Below are positions 1 to 9,881 of a stretch of DNA of 64,000 nt, in pieces. The stretch is from an uncultured Gammaproteobacteria bacterium. Its GTDB lineage: Bacteria > Patescibacteriota > Microgenomatia > Woykebacterales > RBG-16-39-9b. The number at the start of each line of letters is the position of its first letter. The stretch's first letter is position 1. A program made the position numbers and the translations under genes. The stretch covers positions 576,137 through 640,136 of the forward strand of contig OZ246414.1 of assembly GCA_965231125.1 (NCBI GenBank), given 5' to 3'. Below the pieces are notes generated by a model. The model searched no databases. It saw nothing but the letters and a program-made list of their open reading frames with translations, and had not been told where the DNA came from.

Positions 1-1266
1 CCTGGATTTGCCTCTGGTATAGCCAAGTTTGTTTTGTCGGAAAAAGATTTGCGCAAAGTTAAAGTTGGTGATGTTGTTGTAATAAACAAATTTCACCCAA
101 GCTACAAAGATGCGTTTAAAAAGGCTTCGGCCGTAGCTACCCAAAACGGTTTAAATGCAAGTTCCGAAAGCGTTGCTTCCAAATTGGGGAAACCGTGGGT
201 CGGCGGCGTAGGCAAAATAAATTTCGGTGATGAACACGTGGTTAGTGTCGATGGCGCATCGGGATATATTTACCGTGGAGCTTTATCCAAACACCATTTA
301 AGTAAATTGGCGGCCGCCTATGAGGAAAAAAGGCAGGTTAAGGATGAAGAGATCCTAATGACGGCAACAAAAGTTCTTGTCAACTTATCGGATGCAGATC
401 AGGCAGCGCGAGCCTCCAAAGAGGCAGTAGATGGTGTTGGTTTGTTTCGGGCTGAAAACATAGTCGCCTCAGTTGGTGTGCACCCGGAAAAATTGCTGAG
501 AGATAAAAGAGATAAAAATGAAAGCGTTCTTGTTAATAGACTAGTGGGTGATTTAAAGATTGTTTGTTCTGCTTTTGCACCTCGGCCAGTGATCTACCGC
601 ACCACGGATTTCAAAAGTAGCGAGTATGAGAATTTAAAGGGAGCAGCCGCGTACGAAGGAAAGGAAGAAAACCCGGCTTTAGGGTTTCGGGGAGCGGCCA
701 GATTTCTTTCCGACAAATCTTCCTTTGGCCTTGAACTGGCTGCTCTGAAGGAGATTAGAAACAAATTTGAATTAAAAAATCTCTGGCTTTGCGTGCCTTT
801 TGTCAGAACTTTGAAAGAAGGATCCAAAATTATAAAGGCCGTGGCTGCATCAGGACTTCATCGGTCCCATTCTTTCAAGCTACTTTTGATAGTCGAAGTT
901 CCAAGTAACGTAATTTTGATAGAAAAGTTTCTAGACCTTGGTTTCGATGGTGTTGTAATCGATTTGAACGATTTAACCGCCTTAACTTTGGGAGTAGACA
1001 GAGATAATCAAAAGTTAGGTAGTGGCTACAACGATTCAGACCCGGCTGTATTTTGGTCGCTTGAACAGGTTATTAGGCAGTGCCGCCGGCGAAAACTTTA
1101 CGCTGAGGTCTTTGGACAAGGTCTTATAACTTACCCATCTCTTTTGGACAGCTTAATTGAGTGGGGTGTAAGTTCTATTTCTGTCTCGGCGGATTTGGCC
1201 GAGCAAGCAAGAAAACTTGTTCATAAATCAGAAGAAAAACTAGTTTCTGCCCGGAAACACTCGTAA
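1..1266 (+). CDS. PEP-utilizing enzyme (PpsA-like mobile + TIM-barrel domains), probably 5'-truncated by the window; catalytic residues degenerate
   Basis: DGVGLFRAE, VIYRTTDFKS, EENPALGFRGA, VPFVRT and EVPSN match the PEP synthase C-terminal domain. Confidence 0.8.
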   Translation, partial: PGFASGIAKFVLSEKDLRKVKVGDVVVINKFHPSYKDAFKKASAVATQNGLNASSESVASKLGKPWVGGVGKINFGDEHVVSVDGASGYIYRGALSKHHLSKLAAAYEEKRQVKDEEILMTATKVLVNLSDADQAARASKEAVDGVGLFRAENIVASVGVHPEKLLRDKRDKNESVLVNRLVGDLKIVCSAFAPRPVIYRTTDFKSSEYENLKGAAAYEGKEENPALGFRGAARFLSDKSSFGLELAALKEIRNKFELKNLWLCVPFVRTLKEGSKIIKAVAASGLHRSHSFKLLLIVEVPSNVILIEKFLDLGFDGVVIDLNDLTALTLGVDRDNQKLGSGYNDSDPAVFWSLEQVIRQCRRRKLYAEVFGQGLITYPSLLDSLIEWGVSSISVSADLAEQARKLVHKSEEKLVSARKHS

Positions 1267-1267
1267 A

Positions 1268-1717
1268 ATGACCCGAGAAATTGAAAGAAGATTTTTAGTT
1301 CACCCTCAAAAACTCCCCAAACTATCCCGAGGGCAAAAAATAGGCCAGACTTATTTTTCGGTTGATCCGGCCGTCAGAGTTCGAATTAAATCTGGTAAGG
1401 CCTACATCGGTATAAAAAAACGGCAAAATTTTATAAATTTGGAATTTGAATACAGAATACCTTTAAAAGAAGCCAAAAAATTGATGACCCTTTCGAAATT
1501 AAAAATTGTTAAAACCCGCTACTTAGTTAACCTTAACTCTCATAAGTGGGAGGTAGACGTTTTCGCCGGTAAAAATAAGGGTTTAATAATAGCCGAGTTG
1601 GAACTTCCCAGTCTTTCAAAAAAATTTCAAAAGCCACTCTGGATCGGGCTAGAAATTACTAAAGATGATCGCTACTTAAATGTAAATTTGGCGCAAAAAC
1701 CCTACCAAAGTTGGTAA
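1268..1717 (+). CDS. CYTH-domain protein (adenylate cyclase/triphosphatase family)
   Basis: EIERRFLV N-terminus, EFEY, KTRY, WEVDVF, IIAELEL. Confidence 0.9.
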   Translation: MTREIERRFLVHPQKLPKLSRGQKIGQTYFSVDPAVRVRIKSGKAYIGIKKRQNFINLEFEYRIPLKEAKKLMTLSKLKIVKTRYLVNLNSHKWEVDVFAGKNKGLIIAELELPSLSKKFQKPLWIGLEITKDDRYLNVNLAQKPYQSW

Positions 1718-2224
1718 TTACCCGGAGATTTTGTAGACGCTGCCGTCACTAAGCAGAGCTGAAAGACTGTAACTGGAAAAATCCTTACTTGGTGTGTAGT
1801 CATAAGTGGCTTTAGTCACTGGATCCAAAGGTATTACAGTCAGATAGGTCGGCGTTAAATCCTCAAAACTCTTGGGATATTTTTTATACTTTTTGTAATA
1901 CCCGTCCAGACCTTGTTTTAAATTAACCAAGTCAAGGCGTCTAGTCTGATCGTTTTTTGAATTTTCGCGAAGTGAGACAAGATCCGCTTCTTCCTTTTGC
2001 TTTTGGGCCGCGGTATTCGCAGCTTGTTTGATATGTTGGTTTTGCAAATATTCAAGATACAAGTAACCCCCAGCAAAGATTGCCAGAGTTATAAGGGTAA
2101 TTCCCAAGATTGAGATTACGGGGTGTGGTTCACTGGCAGTTTTCGGAATTTTTGGCGAATTAACCGTTGCCGGAGCAGGCTTGGGGTTAACAGGCATTTG
2201 TTGGACTGGTTGTTGGGCAGCCAT
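1718..2224 (-). CDS. Membrane-anchored protein with GspG/pilin-like C-terminal domain
   Basis: One TM helix, then DQTRRLDL..LKQGLDGYY...YP..L...YL..IPLDP pattern. Confidence 0.6.
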   Translation of the reverse strand: MAAQQPVQQMPVNPKPAPATVNSPKIPKTASEPHPVISILGITLITLAIFAGGYLYLEYLQNQHIKQAANTAAQKQKEEADLVSLRENSKNDQTRRLDLVNLKQGLDGYYKKYKKYPKSFEDLTPTYLTVIPLDPVTKATYDYTPSKDFSSYSLSALLSDGSVYKISG

Positions 2225-2306
2225 CTCTCTTATTATCTATTTTTTAAAATTTGTTGTCAAAAATAGTGCCGGAAATTTTACATTGTATTCCAAGCCAATA
2301 AAATTC

Positions 2307-2382
2307 TGGTGAGCGGCCAGGGACTCGAACCCTGAACGCACGGCTTAAAAGGCCGTTGCTCTACCAATTGAGCTAGCCGCCC
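2307..2382 (-). tRNA. tRNA-Lys(TTT)
   Basis: Full cloverleaf; anticodon arm ACGGC-CTTTTAA-GCCGT; CCA encoded. Confidence 0.97.
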
Positions 2383-2527
2383 ACACTGGTTAAACATTCT
2401 AACAAATCAAGGCTAATGTTTCAATCTCTTAACAGTAATCTAGTAATGTTTGAACTTTAATAATTACAAGTTTATAATTCAATCAAAGAAAGCAGTGAGA
2501 GCCTAACACAAGGCCATCTGAGAATAA

Positions 2528-2875
2528 GTGAAGAAAGGAGGAGACGTGTCAGGTCCAGGTGATATCCACGACCAGGTTCAAAGGATAGTTGAAGAAACTG
2601 GCGGCGAAATTGAACGAGATCCCTCTGATGTTCGCAGGATTAAGACTAAGTTGGTTAGCTGGATGAATGGCGGAGGATCAGATTTTCCATCGGTGCTTCC
2701 ACAGGTTACGTACCTGAAGGCCAATCTCTGCCGACTATTTGAAAAGTACGGTATGAAGATTGTACTTCAAGTACTAAAAGAACTGGAAGCAGAATTAAAG
2801 GCTAACGATTGGGAATTGCCCCACTACTTCCATCTTGATGTAGCTGGCTCTGCGCTTAATGTGGCAATTGAATGA
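2528..2875 (+). CDS. Hypothetical protein
   Basis: 115 aa ORF filling the gap before a terminator; start uncertain. Confidence 0.5.
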   Translation: MKKGGDVSGPGDIHDQVQRIVEETGGEIERDPSDVRRIKTKLVSWMNGGGSDFPSVLPQVTYLKANLCRLFEKYGMKIVLQVLKELEAELKANDWELPHYFHLDVAGSALNVAIE

Positions 2876-2937
2876 TTTCCAGAATGGCGGGAGGACAGGA
2901 AAAGAGAAGATTTTCTGAGGCAGTACTCGGAATCTTA

Positions 2938-2972
2938 AAAAGAGCGTTCTGCACAGAGCGCTCTTTCTTTTT
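2938..2972. terminator. Probable bidirectional intrinsic terminator
   Basis: AAAAGAGCG..CGCTCTTT hairpin with A/T tails between convergent genes. Confidence 0.6.
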
Positions 2973-2982
2973 AAAATACAAT

Positions 2983-5358
2983 CTATGCAACTGGGATTAT
3001 TGGGGAAATTGATTCCGGTGGAGGAACTTTTCTGGCAATTTTGGTCGGTGGTTCTGTTAAAGCTGCGTTAATCACATCGTCCATTGTTTCGACAAAGACA
3101 AATTTTAGATCCGCGCGGGTGTTGGCCGGGATTTCCTCAAGATCTTTTTTATTCTTCTTTGGCAAGACAATTGTTCGCAGTCCTGCCCGGTGCGCGGCTA
3201 AAACTTTTTCTTTAATCCCCCCAATTTCCAGTACTTTACCGCGTAAAGTAACCTCACCCGTCATAGCCACTTCTTTACGGATGGAGGTTTTGGTTAAAAG
3301 ACTTATCAGTGCGGTTGTTATGGTAATTCCAGCACTTGGACCGTCCTTGGGAATGGCCCCGGAAGGTACGTGGACGTGGATGTCGCTACCTTTGAAGAAA
3401 TTCTCCTTAACACCAAATTCAGTCACTTTAGAACGAGTGTACGAAAGGGCGGCTTGACCGGATTCTTTCATCACTTCCCCTAATTGACCTGTCAAAATTA
3501 GGTTGCCGCGTCCGGGCATTATATTTGCTTCAACACTTAGTACTTCACCACCAACTTGAGTCCAAGCAAGCCCAGTGGCAACCCCAACTTCATTTCTTTT
3601 TTCAGCTGCCCATGGCTCAAATTTTTCTGGCCCTAAGTATTTGTGCAAGCTTTTTGTCTCCACCAAGACCGATTTTCGAGCACTCTCCGTAATTTCGCGG
3701 GCGGCCTTTCGGCAGATAGTAGCAATTTCCCTTTCCAAATTACGAACACCAGCCTCCCGAGTGTACTTTGAAATTAAGGCTCTCAAGGCTGTGTCTTCGA
3801 TTTTAAGCAACTTTTCACTCAAACCGTGAGTAGTTAGCTGTTTTGGTAAAAGAAAGACTTTGGCGATGTGAAATTTTTCCTCTTCAGTGTAACCGGGGAA
3901 TTCAATTACTTCCATTCGGTCTCGCAGTGGCGGTGGTATTGTCTCCAGGACATTGGCTGTCGTAATGAACATTACGTCGGAAAGATCGAACGGAACTTCC
4001 AAGTAGTGGTCACTGAAAGAATGATTTTGTTCCGGGTCCAAAGCCTCAAGTAAAGCGCTCGAAGGATCACCTCGGAAATCAATCCCGAGTTTGTCAATTT
4101 CGTCCAGCATGAAAATTGGGTTGTTAGTGGCCGAGTCTTTTACTCCTTGAATAATTCTGCCGGGTAGTGCCCCGACGTAGGTGCGCCTGTGCCCGCGGAT
4201 TTCAGCTTCATCTCGTATACCACCAAGGGAAACTTTCACAAATTTTCGGCCAAGAGCTCTTGCAATCGAGCGACCAATCGAGGTTTTTCCCACCCCGGGA
4301 GGGCCAGCAAAACAGAGGATTGGACCTTTTATTTTACCAGTAAGCTTTTGTACAGCCAAATATTCAATAATTCTTTCTTTCACTTTTGTAAGCCCGTAAT
4401 GATCACTGTTTAAAATCTTCTCGGCTTCTTTAATATGAATTTTACTTTCACTTTTCTTGCTCCAAGGCAGTTCCACTAACCAGTCCAAGTAGGTTCTTAA
4501 ATAAGAAATTTCCGGGGAAAAGGAGGGCATGCGCTGCAACCTATCAAGCTCCTTAATAGCCTTTTCCTGCGTCTCCTTCGGCATTTTTGCCGCCATTATT
4601 TTTTCCCTTAGTTCAACAAACTCTTCTTGCTCTTCTTTTATTCCGAGTTCTTTTTCGATAGTCTTAAGCTGCTCACGTAAAAAGGCCTCCTTGGCGGTCT
4701 TACCCATTTCTTCAGCCGTTTGGTCTTGAATTTTTCTAGCGGTTTTCAAAACTGATGTTTCCCTTGATATAAAGGAAGCGATTTCTTTCGCACGGGCCTT
4801 CTCATCTTTTAGTTCCAATAGAGCTTGTTTCTCAGCGGATTTTAAATCTAGGTTAAAAATAATCAAATCAAGGGCTTGGTGAGGATTCGAAAGGTCAAAA
4901 ATTGTTGGCAGGGCTTCCACGGGTACTGGTTTTCCGTAGGAAATCAGTTGCCTGAATTGTTCAACCAAAGGCCTCACCATTTTTTCAACTTCGGCGGGTT
5001 GGAACTGGGTTTCCTCAATTACTTTTACGGCCACTTCAAAATACGGGTCGAGTCTGGAAAACTCTTGGATCTCGGCTTTAACTTCTCCTTCAACTAAAAT
5101 ATTAATCACTCCATCGGCTTGTCTTTGAACTTGAACAATTTTGGTGATTGTCCCAGTTTTGTAAAGATCGCTGTCGCTCGGGGAGTCCGTATCTTTATTT
5201 TTTTGCATGACAACAAATATCTTCTTGTCCCCCTTGAGACTTTGCTCCAGAGCCGCCACCGATTTTTCTCTCTTTAATGAAATAGGAACCGATGCGTGCG
5301 GAAAGATAACTACATCTCTAACTGGGAGTAGAGGTAATTTTTGGTGTTCTTTGCTCAT
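2983..5358 (-). CDS. lon: Lon protease
   Basis: LPLLPVRDVVIFP, Walker A GPPGVGKT, HRRTYVGALPG, catalytic PKDGPSAG; alternative ATG at 5373. Confidence 0.98.
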   Translation of the reverse strand: MSKEHQKLPLLPVRDVVIFPHASVPISLKREKSVAALEQSLKGDKKIFVVMQKNKDTDSPSDSDLYKTGTITKIVQVQRQADGVINILVEGEVKAEIQEFSRLDPYFEVAVKVIEETQFQPAEVEKMVRPLVEQFRQLISYGKPVPVEALPTIFDLSNPHQALDLIIFNLDLKSAEKQALLELKDEKARAKEIASFISRETSVLKTARKIQDQTAEEMGKTAKEAFLREQLKTIEKELGIKEEQEEFVELREKIMAAKMPKETQEKAIKELDRLQRMPSFSPEISYLRTYLDWLVELPWSKKSESKIHIKEAEKILNSDHYGLTKVKERIIEYLAVQKLTGKIKGPILCFAGPPGVGKTSIGRSIARALGRKFVKVSLGGIRDEAEIRGHRRTYVGALPGRIIQGVKDSATNNPIFMLDEIDKLGIDFRGDPSSALLEALDPEQNHSFSDHYLEVPFDLSDVMFITTANVLETIPPPLRDRMEVIEFPGYTEEEKFHIAKVFLLPKQLTTHGLSEKLLKIEDTALRALISKYTREAGVRNLEREIATICRKAAREITESARKSVLVETKSLHKYLGPEKFEPWAAEKRNEVGVATGLAWTQVGGEVLSVEANIMPGRGNLILTGQLGEVMKESGQAALSYTRSKVTEFGVKENFFKGSDIHVHVPSGAIPKDGPSAGITITTALISLLTKTSIRKEVAMTGEVTLRGKVLEIGGIKEKVLAAHRAGLRTIVLPKKNKKDLEEIPANTRADLKFVFVETMDDVINAALTEPPTKIARKVPPPESISPIIPVA

Positions 5359-5504
5359 AGGAATTTGAACCATAGCATATCTTAGCAGAGCGGTCAAGAT
5401 ACTGCTAACAAGGCTGGAACGAGCAATTTTTTGACAAAGACCCCCAAATGTAGTAAATTTTTAGTCCCTGCCTGAAAGCCTGGCCCTAACGAAAGGCGTT
5501 TAAA

Positions 5505-6728
5505 ATGACAAGACCAGCTTATTCAACTTTTTTTGGTGAAAAATTAAATATTGCCAAGGAAGTTAAAAAAAGATCAAAGCCAGTTACTACCGTGTATGTT
5601 TCTAGCTACGTACCGCGAAAATGTGGGATTGCCACTTACACCAAGGAGCTTACAAACGGTATAAACGCACTGAACCCCTTACGGGTTGCTCAAATAGTGG
5701 CGTTAAATAACAAATCTAGTGAGCAGATTAGCTATCCCCACGAAGTAATTTCCACCATCAAAGAGGACGATCAAGAAAACTATCTGGAAGCCGCCACCAG
5801 CTTAAACAAGAAAATTGATCTAGATGTAGTTTCCCTGCAGCATGAATTTGGAATCTTCGGCCCTAGGGACGGAGAACTGGTTTTAAATTTTAGCAAAAGT
5901 CTTAAAGTCCCTATTATTTCAACCCTTCATACGGTTTTGGAAAACCCCACTGTCAAGCAAAGGAATATTATTGAAAATCTTTGCAAGGTCTCGACAGGCG
6001 TGGTTGTAATGCTGGCTGCCGCGGCCGACATACTAACCACAGATTACGGCGTAGATGTCGATAAAATTGTTGTTATACCCCACGGTGTCCCAGATTTCCC
6101 AGTGCTTGATACCAAAGAATGGAAGGCACGGACTAGGCTTTCCGATCGAACCGTCATGTCTAGTATAAACTTAATCAGCCCTTCAAGAGGATTTGAATAT
6201 GCAATTTCAGCCGTACCGGAAATTGTGAAAAAAATCCCCAATTTCCTTTATTTAGTTATTGGCGAAACTCATCCGGTTTACCTCCAAAAGGCTCAGGAAG
6301 ACCCCTACCGGCAAAAACTGGAAAAGCTAGTTAAGGATTTAGGAATGCAAGAGCACATTAAGTTTATTAATAAATATGTCAGTCTAAACGAACTGGTGAG
6401 TTACATTGGTGCCAGCGATTTTTACGTGACTCCATATCTTGATCCTCAACAGGCGGCCTCCGGAGCCTTGGCTTACGCGATTGGAGCGGGAAAAGTCTGT
6501 GTCTCGACCCCGTACCTTTACGCTAAAGAGGTTCTTTCGCAAGGTCGCGGTTTAATAGTTCCGTTCGCTGACAGCCGGTCAATTGCCAGCCTAATTAAAA
6601 ATCTAAATCCAAAGGAAAGACAAGAAATTGAGAAAAAAGTCTACGAGCTAGGAAGAACAATGACCTGGACAAATGTGGCTTATCAGTATTTTCAAGTTTT
6701 CAACTATGTTGCCGACGGATACAAATAA
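5505..6728 (+). CDS. GT4 glycosyltransferase
   Basis: SSYVPRKCGIATY, LQHEFGIFG, VIPHGVP, TPY..QAASGALAYA. Confidence 0.9.
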   Translation: MTRPAYSTFFGEKLNIAKEVKKRSKPVTTVYVSSYVPRKCGIATYTKELTNGINALNPLRVAQIVALNNKSSEQISYPHEVISTIKEDDQENYLEAATSLNKKIDLDVVSLQHEFGIFGPRDGELVLNFSKSLKVPIISTLHTVLENPTVKQRNIIENLCKVSTGVVVMLAAAADILTTDYGVDVDKIVVIPHGVPDFPVLDTKEWKARTRLSDRTVMSSINLISPSRGFEYAISAVPEIVKKIPNFLYLVIGETHPVYLQKAQEDPYRQKLEKLVKDLGMQEHIKFINKYVSLNELVSYIGASDFYVTPYLDPQQAASGALAYAIGAGKVCVSTPYLYAKEVLSQGRGLIVPFADSRSIASLIKNLNPKERQEIEKKVYELGRTMTWTNVAYQYFQVFNYVADGYK

Positions 6729-7752
6729 CCTTCCCAAAGAGGGTGTATATAAAAAATTGAACCTAACTTTAAAGTCAGGGGAGGGGTTGAAATTTTTCAA
6801 AAGTCTGATTGACGAAAACGGAATAATTCAATTTACTAAGGAGAACGAGAAAAATTATAGTACTGGTTACGCAATTGAAGATCAAGCAAGAGCATTGGTA
6901 CTGGCCCTGAAGATTGGTGAGGGAGCTTTAGCCGAAAAATTTCTTAAACTAATTCTGCAGAGTATTGTTGATGGAAGAGGGGTTGACCCCTTAAGGTTGG
7001 CGGACGGGGCTCTTTCCGGCAAAGTTGATAATTTTTCTGAGGCAAGTGCGGAGGTCTTCTGGTCTCTGGCAGAATTTTTCACCACGTCGCCGGAAGATTC
7101 AAGAATTGGCGTGAGCTTAGACGGTCTAAAAATAGGACTACTTGAAAGTGATTCTCCTCGGGCAATCGCTTACACAATCCTGGGGCTAGCAAAACTAAAT
7201 GGGGAAGACGCCACCCAAATTTTGGGTGACAAGCTTGTTGCTTTATACCAACAATACTCCTCCGATAGCTGGCAGTGGTTTGAAGATAAGTTAGTTTATG
7301 CCAATGCCCTCTTGCCTTGGGCACTTTTGGAAGCCCACAAAGCAATCAGCAACAAAACTTTCCTTGCGATTGGCCTAGAATCTTTGGAATTTCTTTACAG
7401 GAATCTCCACTTAAACGGTGTGCCAGTTTTAGTTGGTAACAAAGGTTGGTGGGCTCCTGGTAAAGAAATACCGTATTTTGATCAACAACCAATCGATGCC
7501 GCCTATCTATGTTTGGCATCTCTGAGTGCTTATAAAATTACCAGCAACGAAAAATATTTACATAAAGGGAACTTTTATTACAGCTGGTTTTTTGGAAACA
7601 ATATTTTAAACAAATCCCTGGTCCGCGCTGATGGAGCTTGTTTCGATGGTTTGGGCAGGCGAGAGGTAAACAAAAATACGGGGGCGGAATCAAATATCTG
7701 TTATCTTCTAGCAACAATCCAGCTCGCCCAGATACACCTTCCTGTAGGATGA
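6706..7752 (+). CDS. Six-hairpin glycosidase-like protein, normally fused to or next to this GT4 type
   Basis: GIIQF, YAIEDQARAL, WFEDKLVYANA, FDQQPID, CFDGL..NTGAES. Confidence 0.75.
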   Translation: MLPTDTNNLPKEGVYKKLNLTLKSGEGLKFFKSLIDENGIIQFTKENEKNYSTGYAIEDQARALVLALKIGEGALAEKFLKLILQSIVDGRGVDPLRLADGALSGKVDNFSEASAEVFWSLAEFFTTSPEDSRIGVSLDGLKIGLLESDSPRAIAYTILGLAKLNGEDATQILGDKLVALYQQYSSDSWQWFEDKLVYANALLPWALLEAHKAISNKTFLAIGLESLEFLYRNLHLNGVPVLVGNKGWWAPGKEIPYFDQQPIDAAYLCLASLSAYKITSNEKYLHKGNFYYSWFFGNNILNKSLVRADGACFDGLGRREVNKNTGAESNICYLLATIQLAQIHLPVG

Positions 7753-8771
7753 AAATTGCCCTCCTTTCCCCAATTCACTGGCGGACACCGCCTCGTAAAT
7801 ATGGTCCTTGGGAACTTGTCGCGAGTTACATTGCCGAGGGAATGGTTAAGGCAGGCCACAAGGTTACTTTGTACGCAACTGGGGATTCTAAAACTTCTGG
7901 AAACTTGAGCTCGGTATGCCCTCGGCCTTTGATGGAAGACCCGACCTTGGAATCAAAAGTATATCAGTACTTACACTCCAGTGCAGTTTTTGAAAAAGCG
8001 GGTGATTACGATATTATCCATAACCATTACGATGCGTATCCGCTAGTATTTTCAAAGTTAGTAAAGACTCCCGTAATCACCACTATTCACGGGTTTTCTT
8101 CTCCTCAAGTCTCCCAAATTTACCGCAAATACAAAAATACTTTTTACGTTTCCATAAGCATGGCGGACAGAGCCCACGCACCGGATTTAAATTACCTTGC
8201 CAATATCTACCACGGAATCCCGGTCGGCGAGTACCCGTTTAACCCAAAACCAGAAAAATATTTTTGTTACGTCGGCCGCATCTCACCAGACAAAGGGGTT
8301 CATTTGTCGGTAAGAGCCGCCAAGGACCTTGGCCTGAATTTTAAAATAGCCGGTTTAATCGACAAGGCCCATGAGAGTTTTTTTGAGCGGGAAATCCAAC
8401 CTTTTCTTGGCCGGAAAATAAAGTATCTAGGTCTTGTCTCGGAGGTACAAAAAAGGAATATTTTAAAAAATGCTGTGGGGTTTTTGCACTTAAACACTTA
8501 CAACGAAGGTTTCGGCCTTGCTTTAATTGAGGCACTGGCTTATGGAACTCCCGTAATTGGGATGAAGCTAGGCTCAATTCCCGAAATAATTGAAAACGGT
8601 AAGTGTGGCTTTGTGATCAGCAACTTTGAAGAGGCGAAGGAGGCGATTAAAAAGATTGAGCAAATCGATAGAAATAACTGCCGCAAAGTTGTCGAGCAAA
8701 AGTTTTCCCTGGAAAAAATGATTTCTGAATATGAAAAGGCTTACAAAAAAGTTTTAACCGCTTTTAAATGA
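7749..8771 (+). CDS. GT4 glycosyltransferase
   Basis: PPRKYGPWE, GRISPDKG, EGFGLALIEALAYGTPVI. Confidence 0.92.
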   Translation: MKIALLSPIHWRTPPRKYGPWELVASYIAEGMVKAGHKVTLYATGDSKTSGNLSSVCPRPLMEDPTLESKVYQYLHSSAVFEKAGDYDIIHNHYDAYPLVFSKLVKTPVITTIHGFSSPQVSQIYRKYKNTFYVSISMADRAHAPDLNYLANIYHGIPVGEYPFNPKPEKYFCYVGRISPDKGVHLSVRAAKDLGLNFKIAGLIDKAHESFFEREIQPFLGRKIKYLGLVSEVQKRNILKNAVGFLHLNTYNEGFGLALIEALAYGTPVIGMKLGSIPEIIENGKCGFVISNFEEAKEAIKKIEQIDRNNCRKVVEQKFSLEKMISEYEKAYKKVLTAFK

Positions 8772-8837
8772 CGTCCCCGCGGCATAAGCCGCGGTTGCCG
8801 ACGTTTTCTCACCTTTAAAATCAGGGCTCGAAAATAA
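8763..8837 (-). mobile_element. About 75 bp non-autonomous IS200/IS605-end-like palindromic element (copy 1)
   Basis: Reverse complement matches 55190-55264 (TTATTTTCGAGCCC..GAGAAAACGTCGGCAACC-hairpin-GGACGTCATTTAAA). Confidence 0.6.
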
Positions 8838-8864
8838 TTCAAATTCTTGGTATAAATTAATAAG

Positions 8865-9881
8865 ATGAAGCTTGTCCGCTCACCAAAAAATCCAATTTTA
8901 AAAACGACGGCGCACAGTTGGGAAGACAGACAAGTTTATAATGCGGCCGTAGCCGAATATCAAGGAAAGCTCCATTTAATTTATCGGGCGCAGGGAAAAA
9001 ATGGTATCTCCCGACTGGGAATAGCAAACCTGTCCAAACCAGACGAGGTCGCGGAAAGAAAACCCTACCCAATATTTGAACCGGATCCAAACAGCGAGTA
9101 CGAAACTTACGGGGTAGAAGACCCAAGAGTTAGTAAAATTGATGATATTTATTATCTCGTTTACGTCGCTAGCTCAAGTTATCCACCGGCTATTATTGGG
9201 GAAAAAGTTTTCCGGATAAAGGATTGGCGGGTGCGGGTAAGCTTGACCACAACGACAAATTTTTCTTCTTACAACCGCTATGGGGTTATCATCAGTCATA
9301 TCGATAGTAAAGACGCCGCTCTTTTTCCGGAAAAGATTGATGGCTCCTATGTTTTACTCCACCGAGTCTTACCAAAGGTGCGGATAGCCGTTGCGAACGA
9401 CCTTCGCCATTTTAAGGAAAGAGGGCCAGTTTTTGAGCAAAGAAAAGGTATGTGGGACAACAACAAAGTGGGGGTTGGAGCCCCACCATTAAAAACTCCC
9501 TATGGTTGGATTCTTTTTTACCATGGTGCCGACAACAATTTGACGTACCGGCTGGGGATCGCCCTTTTGGATCTTCACGACCCGAGTATTATCATTGCCC
9601 GGGCTGAAGACCCAGTGCTCGAACCGGAAGAATCCTACGAAAAAAACGGTTTTGTCCCCAACGTGGTTTTTACTTGTGGAGTTGCCGAAGACAAAAATGA
9701 ATATTTTGTCTATTATGGAGCGGCCGATTCCTCAGTCTGTCTGGCAACAATAAGAAAAGAAGAAATTTTTTCTTGGGCGAAAAAAGCGGCAAAAAAAGGT
9801 GAGGCTCACGCTTTAAGTTTAACTGGCGAAGTTGCTCCGGAAGAAGTAATTGACGAACAAAGACACGCAAACGGAACGTAA
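8865..9881 (+). CDS. GH130 glycosidase/phosphorylase
   Basis: NPIL, VYNAAV, GVEDPRV, KDAALFPEKI, NVVFTCG, VYYGAAD. Confidence 0.9.
   Translation: MKLVRSPKNPILKTTAHSWEDRQVYNAAVAEYQGKLHLIYRAQGKNGISRLGIANLSKPDEVAERKPYPIFEPDPNSEYETYGVEDPRVSKIDDIYYLVYVASSSYPPAIIGEKVFRIKDWRVRVSLTTTTNFSSYNRYGVIISHIDSKDAALFPEKIDGSYVLLHRVLPKVRIAVANDLRHFKERGPVFEQRKGMWDNNKVGVGAPPLKTPYGWILFYHGADNNLTYRLGIALLDLHDPSIIIARAEDPVLEPEESYEKNGFVPNVVFTCGVAEDKNEYFVYYGAADSSVCLATIRKEEIFSWAKKAAKKGEAHALSLTGEVAPEEVIDEQRHANGT

Noticed and set aside
3041-5097. Antisense ORFs within lon, and similar ones in other long genes
   Set aside because: Opposite-strand shadows without motifs
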